Assembly: GCF_963921235.1 (NCBI RefSeq)
Contig: NC_086097.1
Location: forward strand, 130,512,001 to 130,576,000
Length of the DNA stretch: 64,000 bases
Direction: 5' to 3'
Origin: Mobula hypostoma
Taxonomy: Eukaryota
Positions 51,943 to 64,000 of this stretch are shown here, piece after piece. Positions within the stretch are counted from its first letter, which is position 1; each line of letters opens with the position of its first letter. A model generated the notes under the pieces. The model worked only from the letters and a program-made list of their open reading frames with translations, did not search any database and was not told the origin of the DNA. Both the position numbers and the translations under genes were made by a program.

Positions 51943-53470
51943 AATCTCCTTCGACTCCTCGCACTTCCTTCATCCCAAGGTGTAGCCATGGGCACTTGCA
52001 TGGGTCCCTTTTCGTCAGCTATGTGAAACAACCCATGTTCCAAGTCCACACCAACATCACTCCCCAACTCTTTCTACGCTACATTGACGACTACATTTGG
52101 TGCTGCTTCCGTACCCATGCTGAGCTCGGCAATGTCATCCATTTGATCCATTTCTGACCCCCCTCCCCTTTCTCAATCTCTCTGATTCCATTTCTGGAGA
52201 CATTCCATTTACTGATACCTTTTATAAGCCCACTGATCTCACAGCCATCCAGTATACCTTTCCTACTCTCTCACTTGTAAAAATGTCATTCCCTTTTCTC
52301 AGCTCCTCCATCTCCACCACATCTTTTCTCAAGATGAGCCTTTTCATTCCAGAACAACCGAGAAGTCCTCCTCCTTCAAAGAAAGAGACTTCCCTTCCTC
52401 CACCATCAACGCTTCCCTCACCCACATCTCTTCCATTTTGCACATGTCTGCCCTCACCCCATACTCTGGCTGCCACACCGGCGATAGGGTTCCTCTTGTC
52501 CTCAACTACCACCCCACCAGACTCTGCGTCCAGAGTAACTTCCATAATCTCCAACGGGATCCTACAGCCAAAAACATCTTTCCCTCACCCCTACCCCTCT
52601 CTCACTTTCCACCTTCCTCCGGGATCGCTCCCTACACGACTTCCTTGTTCACTCATCCCTCTCCACTGATCTCTCTCCCGGCACATCCTTGCAAGGAGAA
52701 CAAGTTGCACAGCTGCCCTACACCTCCTCCCTCACTATGATTCAGGGCCTCAAACAGCCCTTCCAGGTGAGACAACACTTCACATGTCAGTCTATTGGGG
52801 TCATCTACTGTATCCGGTGCTCCCGGGGTGACCTCCTGTATATCAATGAGACCCGACATAGACTGGGAGACTGCTTCGTCGAGCACCTTTACTCTCCGCC
52901 ACAGAAAATATGATTCCCCGCTGGCACCCATTTCAAATTAACTTCTCATTCTGACATGTCAGTCCATGGCCTCCTCTATTGCCATGATGCAGCCATACTC
53001 AGGTTTGAGGAGCAACAGTTTATATTCCGTCTGGGCAGCCTCCAACCTAATGATATGAATGTCGAATTCTAAAATTTCCGATAATTACCCCATCTGCTCT
53101 CCTTCACCATTCCCCATTCTTGCTTTCCTCTCACACCATCCCTTACCAGCCCATCACCTCCCTCTGGTGCTCCTCCCCTTTCCCTTTCTTCCGTGATCCT
53201 CCATCCTCTCCTGCCAAATTCCCTCTTCTCCAGTCCTTTATTTCTCCCATCAATCAACTTCCCAGCTCTTAACTTCACTCCCTCCCCCTCTCAAGGTTTC
53301 ACCTATCGCTCGCCGCCTTGTTCTGACATCTTCCCCCTTCCTTTCCAATCCTGATGAACAGTCTCGGCCTGAAACGTTGACTGTTAATTCCCATTCATCG
53401 ATGCCAGCTCCTCCAGCAAATTGTGTGTATTGCTGTAGATTTCAAGCATCTACAGTACCTCTTGTGTCTG
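51943..53470 (+). mobile_element. Older degraded Penelope-like element
   Basis: KGVAMGTCMGP, YIDD and HFTCQSIGVIYCIRCSRGDLLYINETRHRLGDCFVEH remnants; tail with CTGATGA...GAAACGTTGACT at 53347-53382. Confidence 0.88.
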
Positions 53471-55212
53471 TGACAATAATAAACCAATTTGTTAATTTAC
53501 CAACAAACAGGATAATATGTATGTTTGTGTATGTGTGTCTATGGGTGTATAATAGTTAATTTGACAACAACTATTATTCTATATAAATACTCATCACAAG
53601 CAGCTTCATCTAACACAACAGCCTTTACATAAAAGGTCAGTGTCATAATCTCCCAATGGACAACAAAGTGCTATGAATAAAAGTTAAGTTTGCTACACTG
53701 CAGCAACTATTCTATTATCTCAAAGTTTGTGCATTACAGCACCTAAATTGGTTGATCAAATTCCAATTAGTTTCAGTTTATTTCCAAAGGAATATGACAA
53801 ATTTCATTACCTTAGTAAGGAGTTAAAGCTCTTCAAAAGTGAAGGTAAGCATTACGAAGATCCTGAAGCTGCAGTGTTCTAAAGTACCTTCAATAGAACC
53901 GCAACAATCCTGAACATTATCAGAAAACAACCATACAATCGCTTGATGACTGAATTCCATTCCCTTGCTGGTCCTCTATTCTTCATCTTCACCCACAACA
54001 CTGTACGGCTCAGGCAGACCTGATGTGCTCAGAAAACCAGTCAGAAATTTGATGTTGCTGAACATGTGATGTGCTAACTAATGCCCATTTAACTCCGCTT
54101 CTGAAGTACAATTACACTGAGGTCAATGCAACCCAGTTGCAGAAATGTATGTTGGTATGGAAAACATTCTGTATCACTCATTTAACTAATACAACAAAGG
54201 ATAAGTATCTGCCTTCTGTCTGAACTAACAGGAGCAATCTGCTGTGGTCATTTAAACAATAGGATCTTTGTTTTAGTTCTGTTATGGTATGCAACATGAT
54301 GGTTTGTGTCTCACTGTATTTAAGATCTGGAGCTGTGTTTGACTTCTAACTAAACTCCAGGGATTTGAACAAAGGGGATAATCCTTTTTAAGTGTTATCA
54401 TTTCCTTCTGTCAGAACTATCAAATAACTAGGGCAATCAAATGTGTTTACTTTGTAATATTTTCAAACATAATTGAATATCACCTCAGCATTAAGGGTGT
54501 AGCAATGATGACACATAGGATTTGAAGGACCCCTGCCTAGTGGGAGCAAGATTTGAAGTCCTGAAAATCACAACAAGTACTGACTGCCTGGCTTTGCCCA
54601 CCAAACTCAATGCAGAAGGATTGACTATCCACTGAAGTTGGCCAGTAGGCCCAATACAAAGGCAAATCAGGGCCTTCTGATATGAGGTACCTGAACAAAA
54701 TATACTTTAATCCTTCAGTAATGTGTAAGTGAGAAGAATTCATCCCCATTTAGCCAAGACAGTGCCACATACAGCAGAGCCCCTGCCATACAACTCAAAT
54801 GAAGTGGATTCAATCCAGATTCTGGTACTCTCTGTGTGGAGCTTGAACACTCTCCCTGTTACCTCACATGTTTCCTCTATGTAATATGCTTTCCTCTCAG
54901 GGTTCAAAAGCATGCAGGTTGGTAGGTTAATTACCCTCTGTAAATTACCCCAACTGCATAAGTGAGTTGTAAAATCCGGAGGGAATAGATAAGAATGTGA
55001 GGAGAATAAAACAGTGTTTGTGTTAATGGGTGCTTAATGATTAGAATGGATTTGGTAGGTAAAAGGGCATATTTCTGAACTGTATCTATGACATTCAAGA
55101 TGTCCCACTGAAGGAAATTAAATAGATTGCAGAACATTTTGTAAATCAAGATGAATGTTTCATAGACTCAACTAATTCATAACTTCTTAAGTATAAAACT
55201 ACATTTATGTAT

Positions 55213-56616
55213 CACCGACATTTCTGGTTGGGGTGTATGGGGTGTCAGGGAGGGGTAGCACCTTTGGTGGGGGAACATGTCGCGTCCTTTTCAAGGCAGT
55301 TAGTCTACCTTTGGTCCCCATCTGGCACTCAACTCTCACTTGTGGTTCCCCGTAGCTGTTTGCATGCGACAGCGGCCACACCCCGGGCAACGGCTTCGAC
55401 AAGCTGGCTAAACCAGGTGAGGGTAGCCGATGGGTCTCAAATCCTGGGTAAGGTAGGGAGATGTCTATACCAGCATGTGAAGACAGACTCTGGCAGATTG
55501 AGCGGACGAAACCGACGGAAGGTCCAACGGTCAAGAAGGCGGTCTCTGCAAGCGTCGTGTAATGTGTAGAGCAGGACAAGGCACAGAAGACATCCTGGTC
55601 ATCCACTGCGCCTAGTCCCATCTCCAGCCGTCTCGACTCTGTCTTGCCACTGGATCCAGATGGGAAATGGGAAGAGAGAGTGAGGCTGATAATGCACAAC
55701 TCTCTCTCACTTAAACCCAAATCATGCGCTAGTCTTGACACCATCCGGTGTCGAGGTCCTCATCAACGTTAATGATGGATGAACAACAACATTTCTGGTT
55801 AATTAGGCTTTTGGTAATTGAGGCAGCCACTTATTTGGGACAACTCTTAAAGAACAAAAACTAATCAAGAATATTGCTGTCATTCGCTTCGTTTATTTGG
55901 GACACTATGCCCCCTAATTCGGATGGGAGACTGTTGCTGAACAATTTCTAACTAGCGTCAGTCATGTGCACTTGTGTGGCTGTTAGCAACTATACCGTGC
56001 TTAGAGCAAACAGTTTTTAAGTAGTATCAGTTGCGTGCGTTTGTGTTCAAAAGGCAGTGATTTTTGTCACTGGTAGTTGATGAAAAATAAGCAGAAAAGC
56101 GACTCAGAACTGTTTCCTTCACTGAAGTTTCAAGCATTCAGGCTTGGTGATGCTAGAAACGGCCGGGAGTGAAAATAAAATGATTTCATGGCATCAACAA
56201 GTTAGGTACTATAAAGAATTTGAAGGTATTGACAATCATCTTGAACTTTACAATGAAAATGAAGATTTGGATGATGCCATCATCGAAAGCATTGTATGAA
56301 GGCAGTCCATTATCTACACTGGCTGTCGGCACTGATTTGTTCATTTACAGTCAATCAGAACAACATGGCCGCATACTCTGGATAAATCCCTTTGTCAATA
56401 ACTATTAGGAACTAAAATATGGACATACTACTGTAGTGGTGTTGGTAGTGTTCTAATTTGTTCTGTATTTCATTTAAATACACAACTTATTAGCCAATTT
56501 GCCTTTTTTATACCTTTTTAACTATTCCCATGAAACTTCGGTTAATTTGGGTAGCTACTTAATTGAGCCAAAATGTTCTGGTCCCAATATGTCCCAATTA
56601 ACCAGAATCCACTGTA
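55213..56616 (+). mobile_element. Tigger/pogo-like non-autonomous DNA transposon, left TIR split by the 559-bp insert
   Basis: Right end GTCCCAATTAACCAGAATCCACTG+TA. The left end reconstructs as ..TTCTGGTT|AATTAGG. Internal acidic transposase C-terminal remnant near 56220-56295. Confidence 0.6.
55230..55788 (+). mobile_element. Unclassified 559-bp non-autonomous retroelement (possibly RTE-dependent)
   Basis: GC-rich block flanked by a perfect 12-bp TSD ACATTTCTGGTT (55218-55229 and 55789-55800); ends in (CAA)n. Confidence 0.75.
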
Positions 56617-57727
56617 TTTCAAAATAATGCACAATTGGAGATGGAACAATTGGAACTCAGTGCCCAAGACACCAAGGACTATTAATTGGTGGGCATTGGC
56701 TCACAAACTGCAAGGTAGCCCCACTAATTGCCGGAAGTTAAATCAGTCTCCAAAAAGTTTCTCACTCCCGTTGTTATTTCATAAAAGCATCAGCTAACAC
56801 CAGACTTAGGAGCAACAAACAGAGGCATTGGCTTTATCACTGTGTACTTCATGTAATTAGAGAACTTTTCTGCTTTGGTAGTCAGGTAATTAATAATTTT
56901 ACATGCAAAACTCAACTCCCCAGCCCAAGCATTTGATACAAGCAATAATTCCCATTTTATATTCACAATGACATTATGTTTTATACTGATTTGTTAGAAC
57001 TTCAATACTCCACACCATGGCAGTATCAATATTATTTTAAAGTCAGATAACAATTGCTTCCCTTGATCACTCAGTCTGACAGTAACGACTGAGGAAAAGT
57101 GGAAATTGAGAAAATTTTATGAACTTTTAAACAGTAAGTGGTTATAATTATATATTTACTGTATGATATAAATGGTCACTATTTGCTTCAGCTTCAGTGA
57201 GATAGATCAGCTAGTTGAGTGGTGTTGCAGCAACAACTTCGCACTCAACATCAGTAAGACCAAAGAATTTATTGCAGACTTCAGAAAGGGTAGGATGAGG
57301 GACGCACATCAGTCTTCATCAAGGGATCAAAAGTGGAAAGGGTGAGCAATTTCATGTTCCTGGGTGTCAGCATCTCAGAGGGGCCAACATATCAATACTG
57401 CTACAAAGAAGGCATGACAGCAGCTATATTCTTGCCTGGAGAGTATTCTGCCTGCATGACCGGCTGGTATGGGTGGGAGTGGGAGGGAGCACAGCATAGA
57501 GTCAAAACAAACTGCAGAACGTTGTAAACTCAGTCAGCTCCATCATGACCACTGACCTCCCCAGCATCCAGGACATCTTCAAGGAGTGATGCCTCAAAAA
57601 GGCGGCATGCATCATTAAGGACTCTCATCACCCAGGACATGCCCTCTTCTCACTGCTGCCATCAGGGAGAAGGTACAGGAGCCTGAAGGCACACACTCAA
57701 CAATTCAGGAACAGCTTCTTCCCCATT

Positions 57728-58697
57728 ACTAGACAGAAGGTTCGTGGGAAACTGAAAGGTCTGAAGTTAGATAAGTCACCTGGACCAGATGGTATACACA
57801 CCAAAATTCTGAGGGAGGTGGCTGAAGAGATTGTGGAGCCATTAGTAATCACCTTTCAAGAATCACTTGATTCTGGAATGGTTTCAGAAGACTAGAAAAC
57901 TGCAAATGTCACTCCACTCTTGAAGAAGGGAAAGAGGCAGAAGAAAGGATATTGTAGGTCATTTAGTCTGACCTCAGTGGTTGGGAAGATGTTGGAGTCA
58001 ATTATAAAGATGAGGTCTCAGGATACTTGGAGGCACATAATAAAATAGGCTGCAGTGAGCATGGTTTCCTTAAGGGAAAATCTTGCCTGACAAATCTGTT
58101 GGAATTATTTGAAGAAATAAGCACTGGTGAGGCCTCAGTTGGAGTTTGTGAGCAGTTTTGGACTCCTTACCTTAGGAAGGATATGCTGAAACTGGACAGC
58201 GTTCAAAGGAGGTTCACAAAAATCATTCCAGGATTGAGTGACTTGTCATATGAAAAGCATCTGATGGCTCTGAGCCTGTATTTACTGGAATTCAGAAGAA
58301 TGAGGGGTGACATCATTGAAAGCTATTGAATGGTGAAAGGCCTTGAAGAGTGGATGCGGAGAGGATGTTTCCTGTGATGGGAGAGTCTAAAGCCAGAGGA
58401 CACACTCTCGGGATAGAGGGGCGTCCTTTTAGAATGGAGATAAAGAGGAATTTCTTTAGCCAGAGAGTGGTGAATCTGTAGATTTCTTTGCCACAAGTAA
58501 CTGTGGAGGCCAAGTCTTTATGTATATTTAAGGCAGAGGTTGATAGATTCTTGATTGGTCAGGGCATGAAAGGATACGGGAAGAAGGCATCAGACTGGGG
58601 CTGAGAGGAAAATTGGATCAGCCACGTTCTAATAAAATATACAATAAAACTCAATGGGCCAAGTAGCCTAATTCTACTCCTATGTCTTATGGTCTTA
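57728..58697 (+). mobile_element. CR1 LINE fragment with an internal deletion
   Basis: KSPGPDGIH and HGFLKGKSCLTNLLELFEE joined directly to a LVRPQLE..QFWTPYLRKD-like segment; CTTATGGTCTT tail. Confidence 0.85.
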
Positions 58698-59518
58698 CTT
58701 GGGGGGAGGAGGGGGTGGACAGATCTTATTGAACCTATAGAATACTGCAAGGCCTAGATAAAGTGGACATAATGACTATCTTTCTATTCGCAAGGAAGTC
58801 TTGGATCCGAGAGCACAGCCTCAGAATAAAGGGACATCCATTTAGAACTGAGGCAAGGAAAGCTTCCTTCAACCAGAAGGTGGAATCTATTGCCAAGGGA
58901 TAAGGGTTATGGGGAGAAGTCAGAGAATGGTTGGAAAAAAATAGCCACGATTGAATGCTGGAGCAGACTCAATGGGCCAATTGGCCTGATTCTGTTGCTA
59001 TATTTTATGGTCTTAAATAAGTTATTATTATAATAGCACACGTCAGTGGTGCAGAAACAATAACAGTGTCCAAGAAGGTTTTTACAAAGGCACATGAATG
59101 TGCAGGAAATGGAGAGCTAGATTATGTGCATGCAGAAGAGATCAGTTTAATTTGACATGATGCTCAGCACAAACACAGTGGGCTGAAGGGCCTGTTTCTG
59201 TGCTGTACGTTCTACATACTAATCCTGCATTGTTGAACAATACAGTTAGTTCTGATTGAGTGTATGATAAAAGTTCTATGAGTTATTGTTCCCACCCTCC
59301 TCTGTTTTAGTATGACATAACTCCTGTGTGGCACTAACCAAAAGTTGCAGGAAAAAAAACATGAATCCTCCCAGAGACACAGACAGAACCAGTCTCTCCA
59401 TCTGTTTCTGGGGTTGCACTCAACCAGAGGTTGCCCCCCTCCACTTACGTCTGTTGGGGCAAGTGATGTCATCAGATGTTTGATTTAGGGGTCATATATG
59501 GATAGGAATGGTTCAGAG

Positions 59519-59598
59519 CATGGGTTCCCAACCTCTTTTATGCCATGGACACCTACCATTAACTGAGGTGTCTGTAGACGCCAGGTTGGGAACCCCTG
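59519..59598. mobile_element. 80-bp hAT-like MITE
   Basis: TIRs CATGGGTTCCCAACCT and AGGTTGGGAACCCCTG; degenerate 8-bp flanks GTTCAGAG and AGGTAGAG; inserted in a CR1 tail. Confidence 0.65.
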
Positions 59599-61509
59599 AG
59601 GTAGAGGGATATGGAACAAATGTAGCCAAGGCCAAGTTGGACTAGCTTAGATGCGCATTTTGGTTGCCGTGGATTAGATGGGTTTCTCTGTGGTATAACT
59701 TTATGCCTTGGAAACCCAGTGCTGCCCATTTTCATTGGATCACTGCCAGCAGAGGTCGTCCATTGACATAAAGACCAGAAGGCCCAGCTCGTGGTGCTAA
59801 GGCTTCTGCCTCACTGGTGAGTGGCTGTTACCAAGGTTGACAGATTGGTGATTGGCAAGTGACTCAGTCATCCCTGCTACCTTCTGATGAGGAGAAAAGG
59901 TAATCAAAAACAGCAGAAACTGCAAGAAGTTTGTGGAGAAATTTGAAACATATCAGTTGGCATGTGTAAAATACAGGTAAATAAATTACTATCCAAAAGG
60001 ATTTGTTTAAAATGAATTGAATTTGACAAGCTTAATTGAACTTGTTAATGAAGCAAGTGTCAAGCTTGATAGGATAGTGGTGTTAATGCTAAGACTTTCA
60101 TAGCAAAAATAAAAGGCTTGTCAGGGAAGCCATTGAAGATTGAAGGAATGACATTATTTTATAGGGTACACAATTGACTGAAAGTTAGAGAGCAAAGGTT
60201 GTTTTCCCAAATGGAGGGAAATATACAGTGGTGGTCCTCCTGGTCCAGGACAGGACCACGATTCCTTCTGAGTTTGATACTCAGTGAGCCAATGACAGAA
60301 AGCCTGCCAGTGCAGAAAAAAACTGTCAAGAAAATACAGAGGTTTCAGAAGAACAGGCAGACCAGTGAAATGAGCAGACATTTGTCAGATAAAATTTAAC
60401 ACCGATAATAGTGAAGTGATATATTTTGATCAGAGATATAAAAGAGACAATACAAACTAAACAGTGCAATTAAAATTTATGCAGGAACAGGGTGAACCAG
60501 CCATTTAAATAAAATCTTTGTTTCATTAATAGAGTGCAAAGTCAAGAAAAGTCTGCAAAATTTTGCTTGCTTGGAGTATTGTATGCAATTCTGGCCACTT
60601 TGTTATGGAAAGGCTATGGAGGATTTGGAAAGGGTTTACCAAAATGCTGCTCTGGATTAGAGGGTGTGAGTTGGTTGGATAAAAATTAGATTGTATTTTT
60701 GGAGCATCAGAGACTGAGAGAGATATGATAGGTATTTATGAAATTATGAGAGGCATAGATAGGGTAGGCAGTCAGAATTATTTTCCCAAGGTAGAAATGT
60801 CAAACACCAGAGGACATGAATTTAAGATGAGAGGGGAAATCTCAATGAAAATGTGTTGGCAAGTTCTTTTACGCGGAGAGTGGTAGGTAGGTACAGGGAC
60901 AGGTTACCAGGTTGGTGATGAAAGCAGATACAATAGAGGCATTAAAGAAGCTTTTAGATAAACATGGGAACATGCAGGGAATGAAGGGATATAGGTCATA
61001 TGTAAGTAAAAGGGATTCAGTTTAATTTGGCATCTTGGGTTGAAAGGCCTGTTCCTGTGCTATGCTGTCCTGTACTTTTCTATACTCTATGATCCACTGT
61101 ATGTTCTAAAAGCAATGGACAACCTCCAACTACATTGTTTTGTTCACTCTATGTTGTAGAAAGGATGACAAGGTCTGGGTATTGTATAGTGGAGAAGCTT
61201 GGGTTGCTCTAACCAGGAGATAGATTTGTTACAGGCATTCCAAATCACAGACAGAGTAAATGAAGACCAACACTTTACAATGTTACAATTACTGGAGAAA
61301 ACAGGATGAAGGAAGTTAGTAAAGAACAAGAGGCAAGCTGAGAAAGTGAGATTTCATGATCTGTGGCAGAGCAGATGAAGATGAAGCGGATGCACGTTCA
61401 TTATGAGCAGTCAAAACAAGTGGCCTCATACGTGAAAGGAGAAGCATGTACAGACCTATGGGAAAAGTTGGATTAATTGGATAATTCAAAGGAGCTGGAT
61501 TAGAAACTG

Positions 61510-62855
61510 TTGTGGAAATTCCTGGAACTTCCACCATACTGCCAGTGTCTTCTACAGTGAAGACTGATGCAAAATAATTGTTCAGTTTGTCCATCATTTC
61601 CTTGTCCCATTACTACCTCTTCAGCACCTTTTTCTATCAGTCAAATGGCCACTCTTGCCTCTCTTTTCAACTTTATGTATCTGAAGAGGCTTGTGGTATC
61701 CTCTTTAATATTACTGGCTTGTGTACTATTGTATTCTATCTTTCCCTTCATCAGGACAAGGCCTCCTGTACTGTAGTGATGAGGTCACACTTAGGTTGGA
61801 GGAGCAATACCTTATATTCTGTCTGGGTAGCCTCCAACCTGATGGCACGAACATCGATTTCTCGAACTTCCCACCTTCACCATTCCCAATTTGCATTTAC
61901 CTCTCTCATCTTCTATCCTTACCTGCACATCACCTCCCTCTGCTGTCCTTCCCCCTTTAATTTCTTCCATTGCCATCTGTCCTATCCTATCAGATTCCCT
62001 TTTCCAGCCCTATATCCCTTTCACCAATCAACCTCCCAGCTCTTTATTCCACTCCCCCCGCCCCCGGTTTCACCTATCACCTTATGTTTCTTCCGCCCCT
62101 CCCCCCACTTCTTACTCTGACTCCTCACCTTTTTTTCTCCAGTCCTTATGAGGGGTCTCGGCCCAAAACATCAATTGTACTCTTTTCCATAGATCTGCCT
62201 GGCCTCCTGGGTTCCACCAGCATTTTGGGTCTATTGCTTGGATTTCCAGCATCTGCAGGTATTCTCTTATTTTGGGCCAACTCCTCTCTCATTCCTCTGT
62301 AATTCCCTTTACTCCACTGTAGTACTGATACATTTGACTTTAGCTTCTCTTCTCAAATTTCAGGGTGAATTCAAACATATTATGATCACTTGTCCCCAAA
62401 GTTTTTTTTTTACCTTAAGCTCCCTAATCAATTCTCGTTTATTGCAAAACACACAATCCAGAATAGCTGACCCCTCTAGTGAGTTCAGCCATGAGCTGCT
62501 CTAAAAAGCCATCTCATAGGCACTCTAAAAATTGCCCCTCTTGGAATCTAGCACCAACCCGATTTTCCCAATCCACCTGCATATTGAAATCCCACATGTC
62601 TATTGTAACATTGCTATTTTGACATGCATTTTCTATCTCCCTTGTAATTTGTAGATCACATCCTTATTAGTGTTTGGAGGTTTGTATACAACTCTCATCA
62701 GGTTCTTTTTACCCTTGCAGTTCCTTCGTTTTATCCACAAAGATTCAACACCTTCTGATCCTGTGTCACCTCTTTCTAATGACTTAATTTCATTTTTTAC
62801 CAACAGAGGCACATACCCTGTCTGCCTTCCCGCCTTTCCTTTCGATACAAAGAGA
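61510..62855 (-). mobile_element. CR1 LINE fragment (endonuclease/linker) with a nested Penelope remnant at ~61755-62270
   Basis: DKLNNYFASVFTVED on minus. The nested piece reads LRLEEQYLIFCLGSLQPDGTNIDFSNF on plus and carries a mutated hammerhead at 62141-62176. Confidence 0.8.
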
Positions 62856-64000
62856 TTGTTGAATGCCTAAGAGATGGCTTTTTAGAGCAGTTTGTCATTG
62901 AGCCTACTAGAGGATCAGCTATACTGGATTTGGTGTTATGTAATGAACCGGAGTCAATTAGGGAGCTTAAGGTAAAAGAACCCTTAGCAACCAGTGATCA
63001 CAATATGATTGAGTTCAACTTGAAATTTGATAGGGAGAAAGTAAAGTCTGATGTAGCAGTACTGTATTTCAGTGGAGTAAGGGAAATTACAGTGGTATGA
63101 GAGAGGAGCTGGCCAAAGTAGATTGGAAGGAGCTGCTGGCAGGGATGTCAGCAGAGCAGCAATGGTGTGTGTTTCTGGGAAAAAAAATGAGGAAGGTGCA
63201 GGACATATGTATTCCAAAAATTCCAAAAACAAAGCAAAAATTAGTGGGAAGATAGAGAATTGGAAAGTTTTTAAAACCTCCAGAGAGCAACGAAAAAATT
63301 ATTAGAAAGAAAAAGATGAAATATGAAAGCAAGGTAGCAAATACTATAAAAGTGGATAGTAAAAAGATTTTTGAAGTATGTTAAAAATAAAAGAGAAATG
63401 AGAGTGGATATAGGACCGCTAGAAAATGAGGCAGGAGAAATAATAATAGGGGACAAGGAGATGCCTGATGAGCTGAATGAGTATTTTGCATCAGTCTTCA
63501 CTGTGGAAGACACTAGCAGTATGCCTGATTTTGTAGTGTGTGAAGGAAGAGAAAAAGGTGCAGTTACTATTACAAGAGAGAAGGTGCTCAAAAAGCTGAA
63601 AGACTGAAAGGTATATAAGTCACCCAGACCAGATGAACTGCACCCCAGGGTTCTGAAAGAGGTAGTGTTAGAGATTGTGGTGGCAATAGAAAAGATCTTT
63701 CAAAAATCATTGGACACTGGCATGGTGCCAGAGGACTGGAAAATTGCAAATGTCACTCCACTCTTTAGGAAAGGAGGAAGGCAGCAGAAAGGAAATTATA
63801 GACCAGTTAGCCTGACCTCGTGGTTGGGAAGATGTTAGAGTCAGTTGTTAAGGATGAAGTGATGGAGTACTTGATGACACAGGACAAGATAGTACAAAGT
63901 CAGCATGGTTTCCTTCAGGAAAAATCCTGCCTGATGAACCTGTTGGAATTCTTTAAAGAGATTATAAGTAGGATTGATAAAGGGGATGCAGTGGATGTTG
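62856..64000 (+). mobile_element. CR1 LINE ORF2 fragment running off the window end
   Basis: EPTRGSAILDLVL, SDHNMIEF, ELNEYFASVFTVED, KSPRPDELHPRVLKE and QHGFLQEKSCLMNLLEFF motifs. Confidence 0.9.

Noticed and set aside
55205..55744. 179-aa ORF in the orphan insert
   Set aside because: No motif; such ORFs are expected by chance in GC-rich sequence.

Overview
This is vertebrate genomic DNA. The repeat complement (CR1, Rex1/Babar, Neptune-like Penelope, tRNA/V-type SINEs, Tc1 derivatives) suggests a cartilaginous fish, probably a ray (inference). The whole window lies inside an NFAT gene on the minus strand, most similar to NFATC1. Three in-phase coding exons of the Rel-homology region are present (33609-33811, 28304-28476, 18335-18475); I did not find the neighbouring exons, so the outer introns are >30 kb and >18 kb. 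The introns are rich in transposons. (i) A young Gmr1-type Gypsy LTR element (1086-6160, LTRs ~97% identical, CTTG target duplication) keeps Gag and protease but only fragments of INT/RT/RH. (ii) An old Mag-like Gypsy element (39203-46504, minus) has a protease region interrupted twice, about 60-85 bp apart, by near-identical Penelope-like elements; one of these is a TSD-flanked inverted (hairpin) insert. (iii) Minimal type I hammerhead ribozyme motifs sit in the Penelope 3' tails. (iv) There are many CR1/Rex1 LINE fragments, SINEs, MITEs and a few unclassified non-autonomous elements. No prokaryotic systems, CRISPR arrays or rRNA/tRNA genes were seen. The best candidates for follow-up are the hammerhead/Penelope cluster and the Gag-PR-only Gmr1 family; both belong to known classes, but this instance may be uncharacterised.
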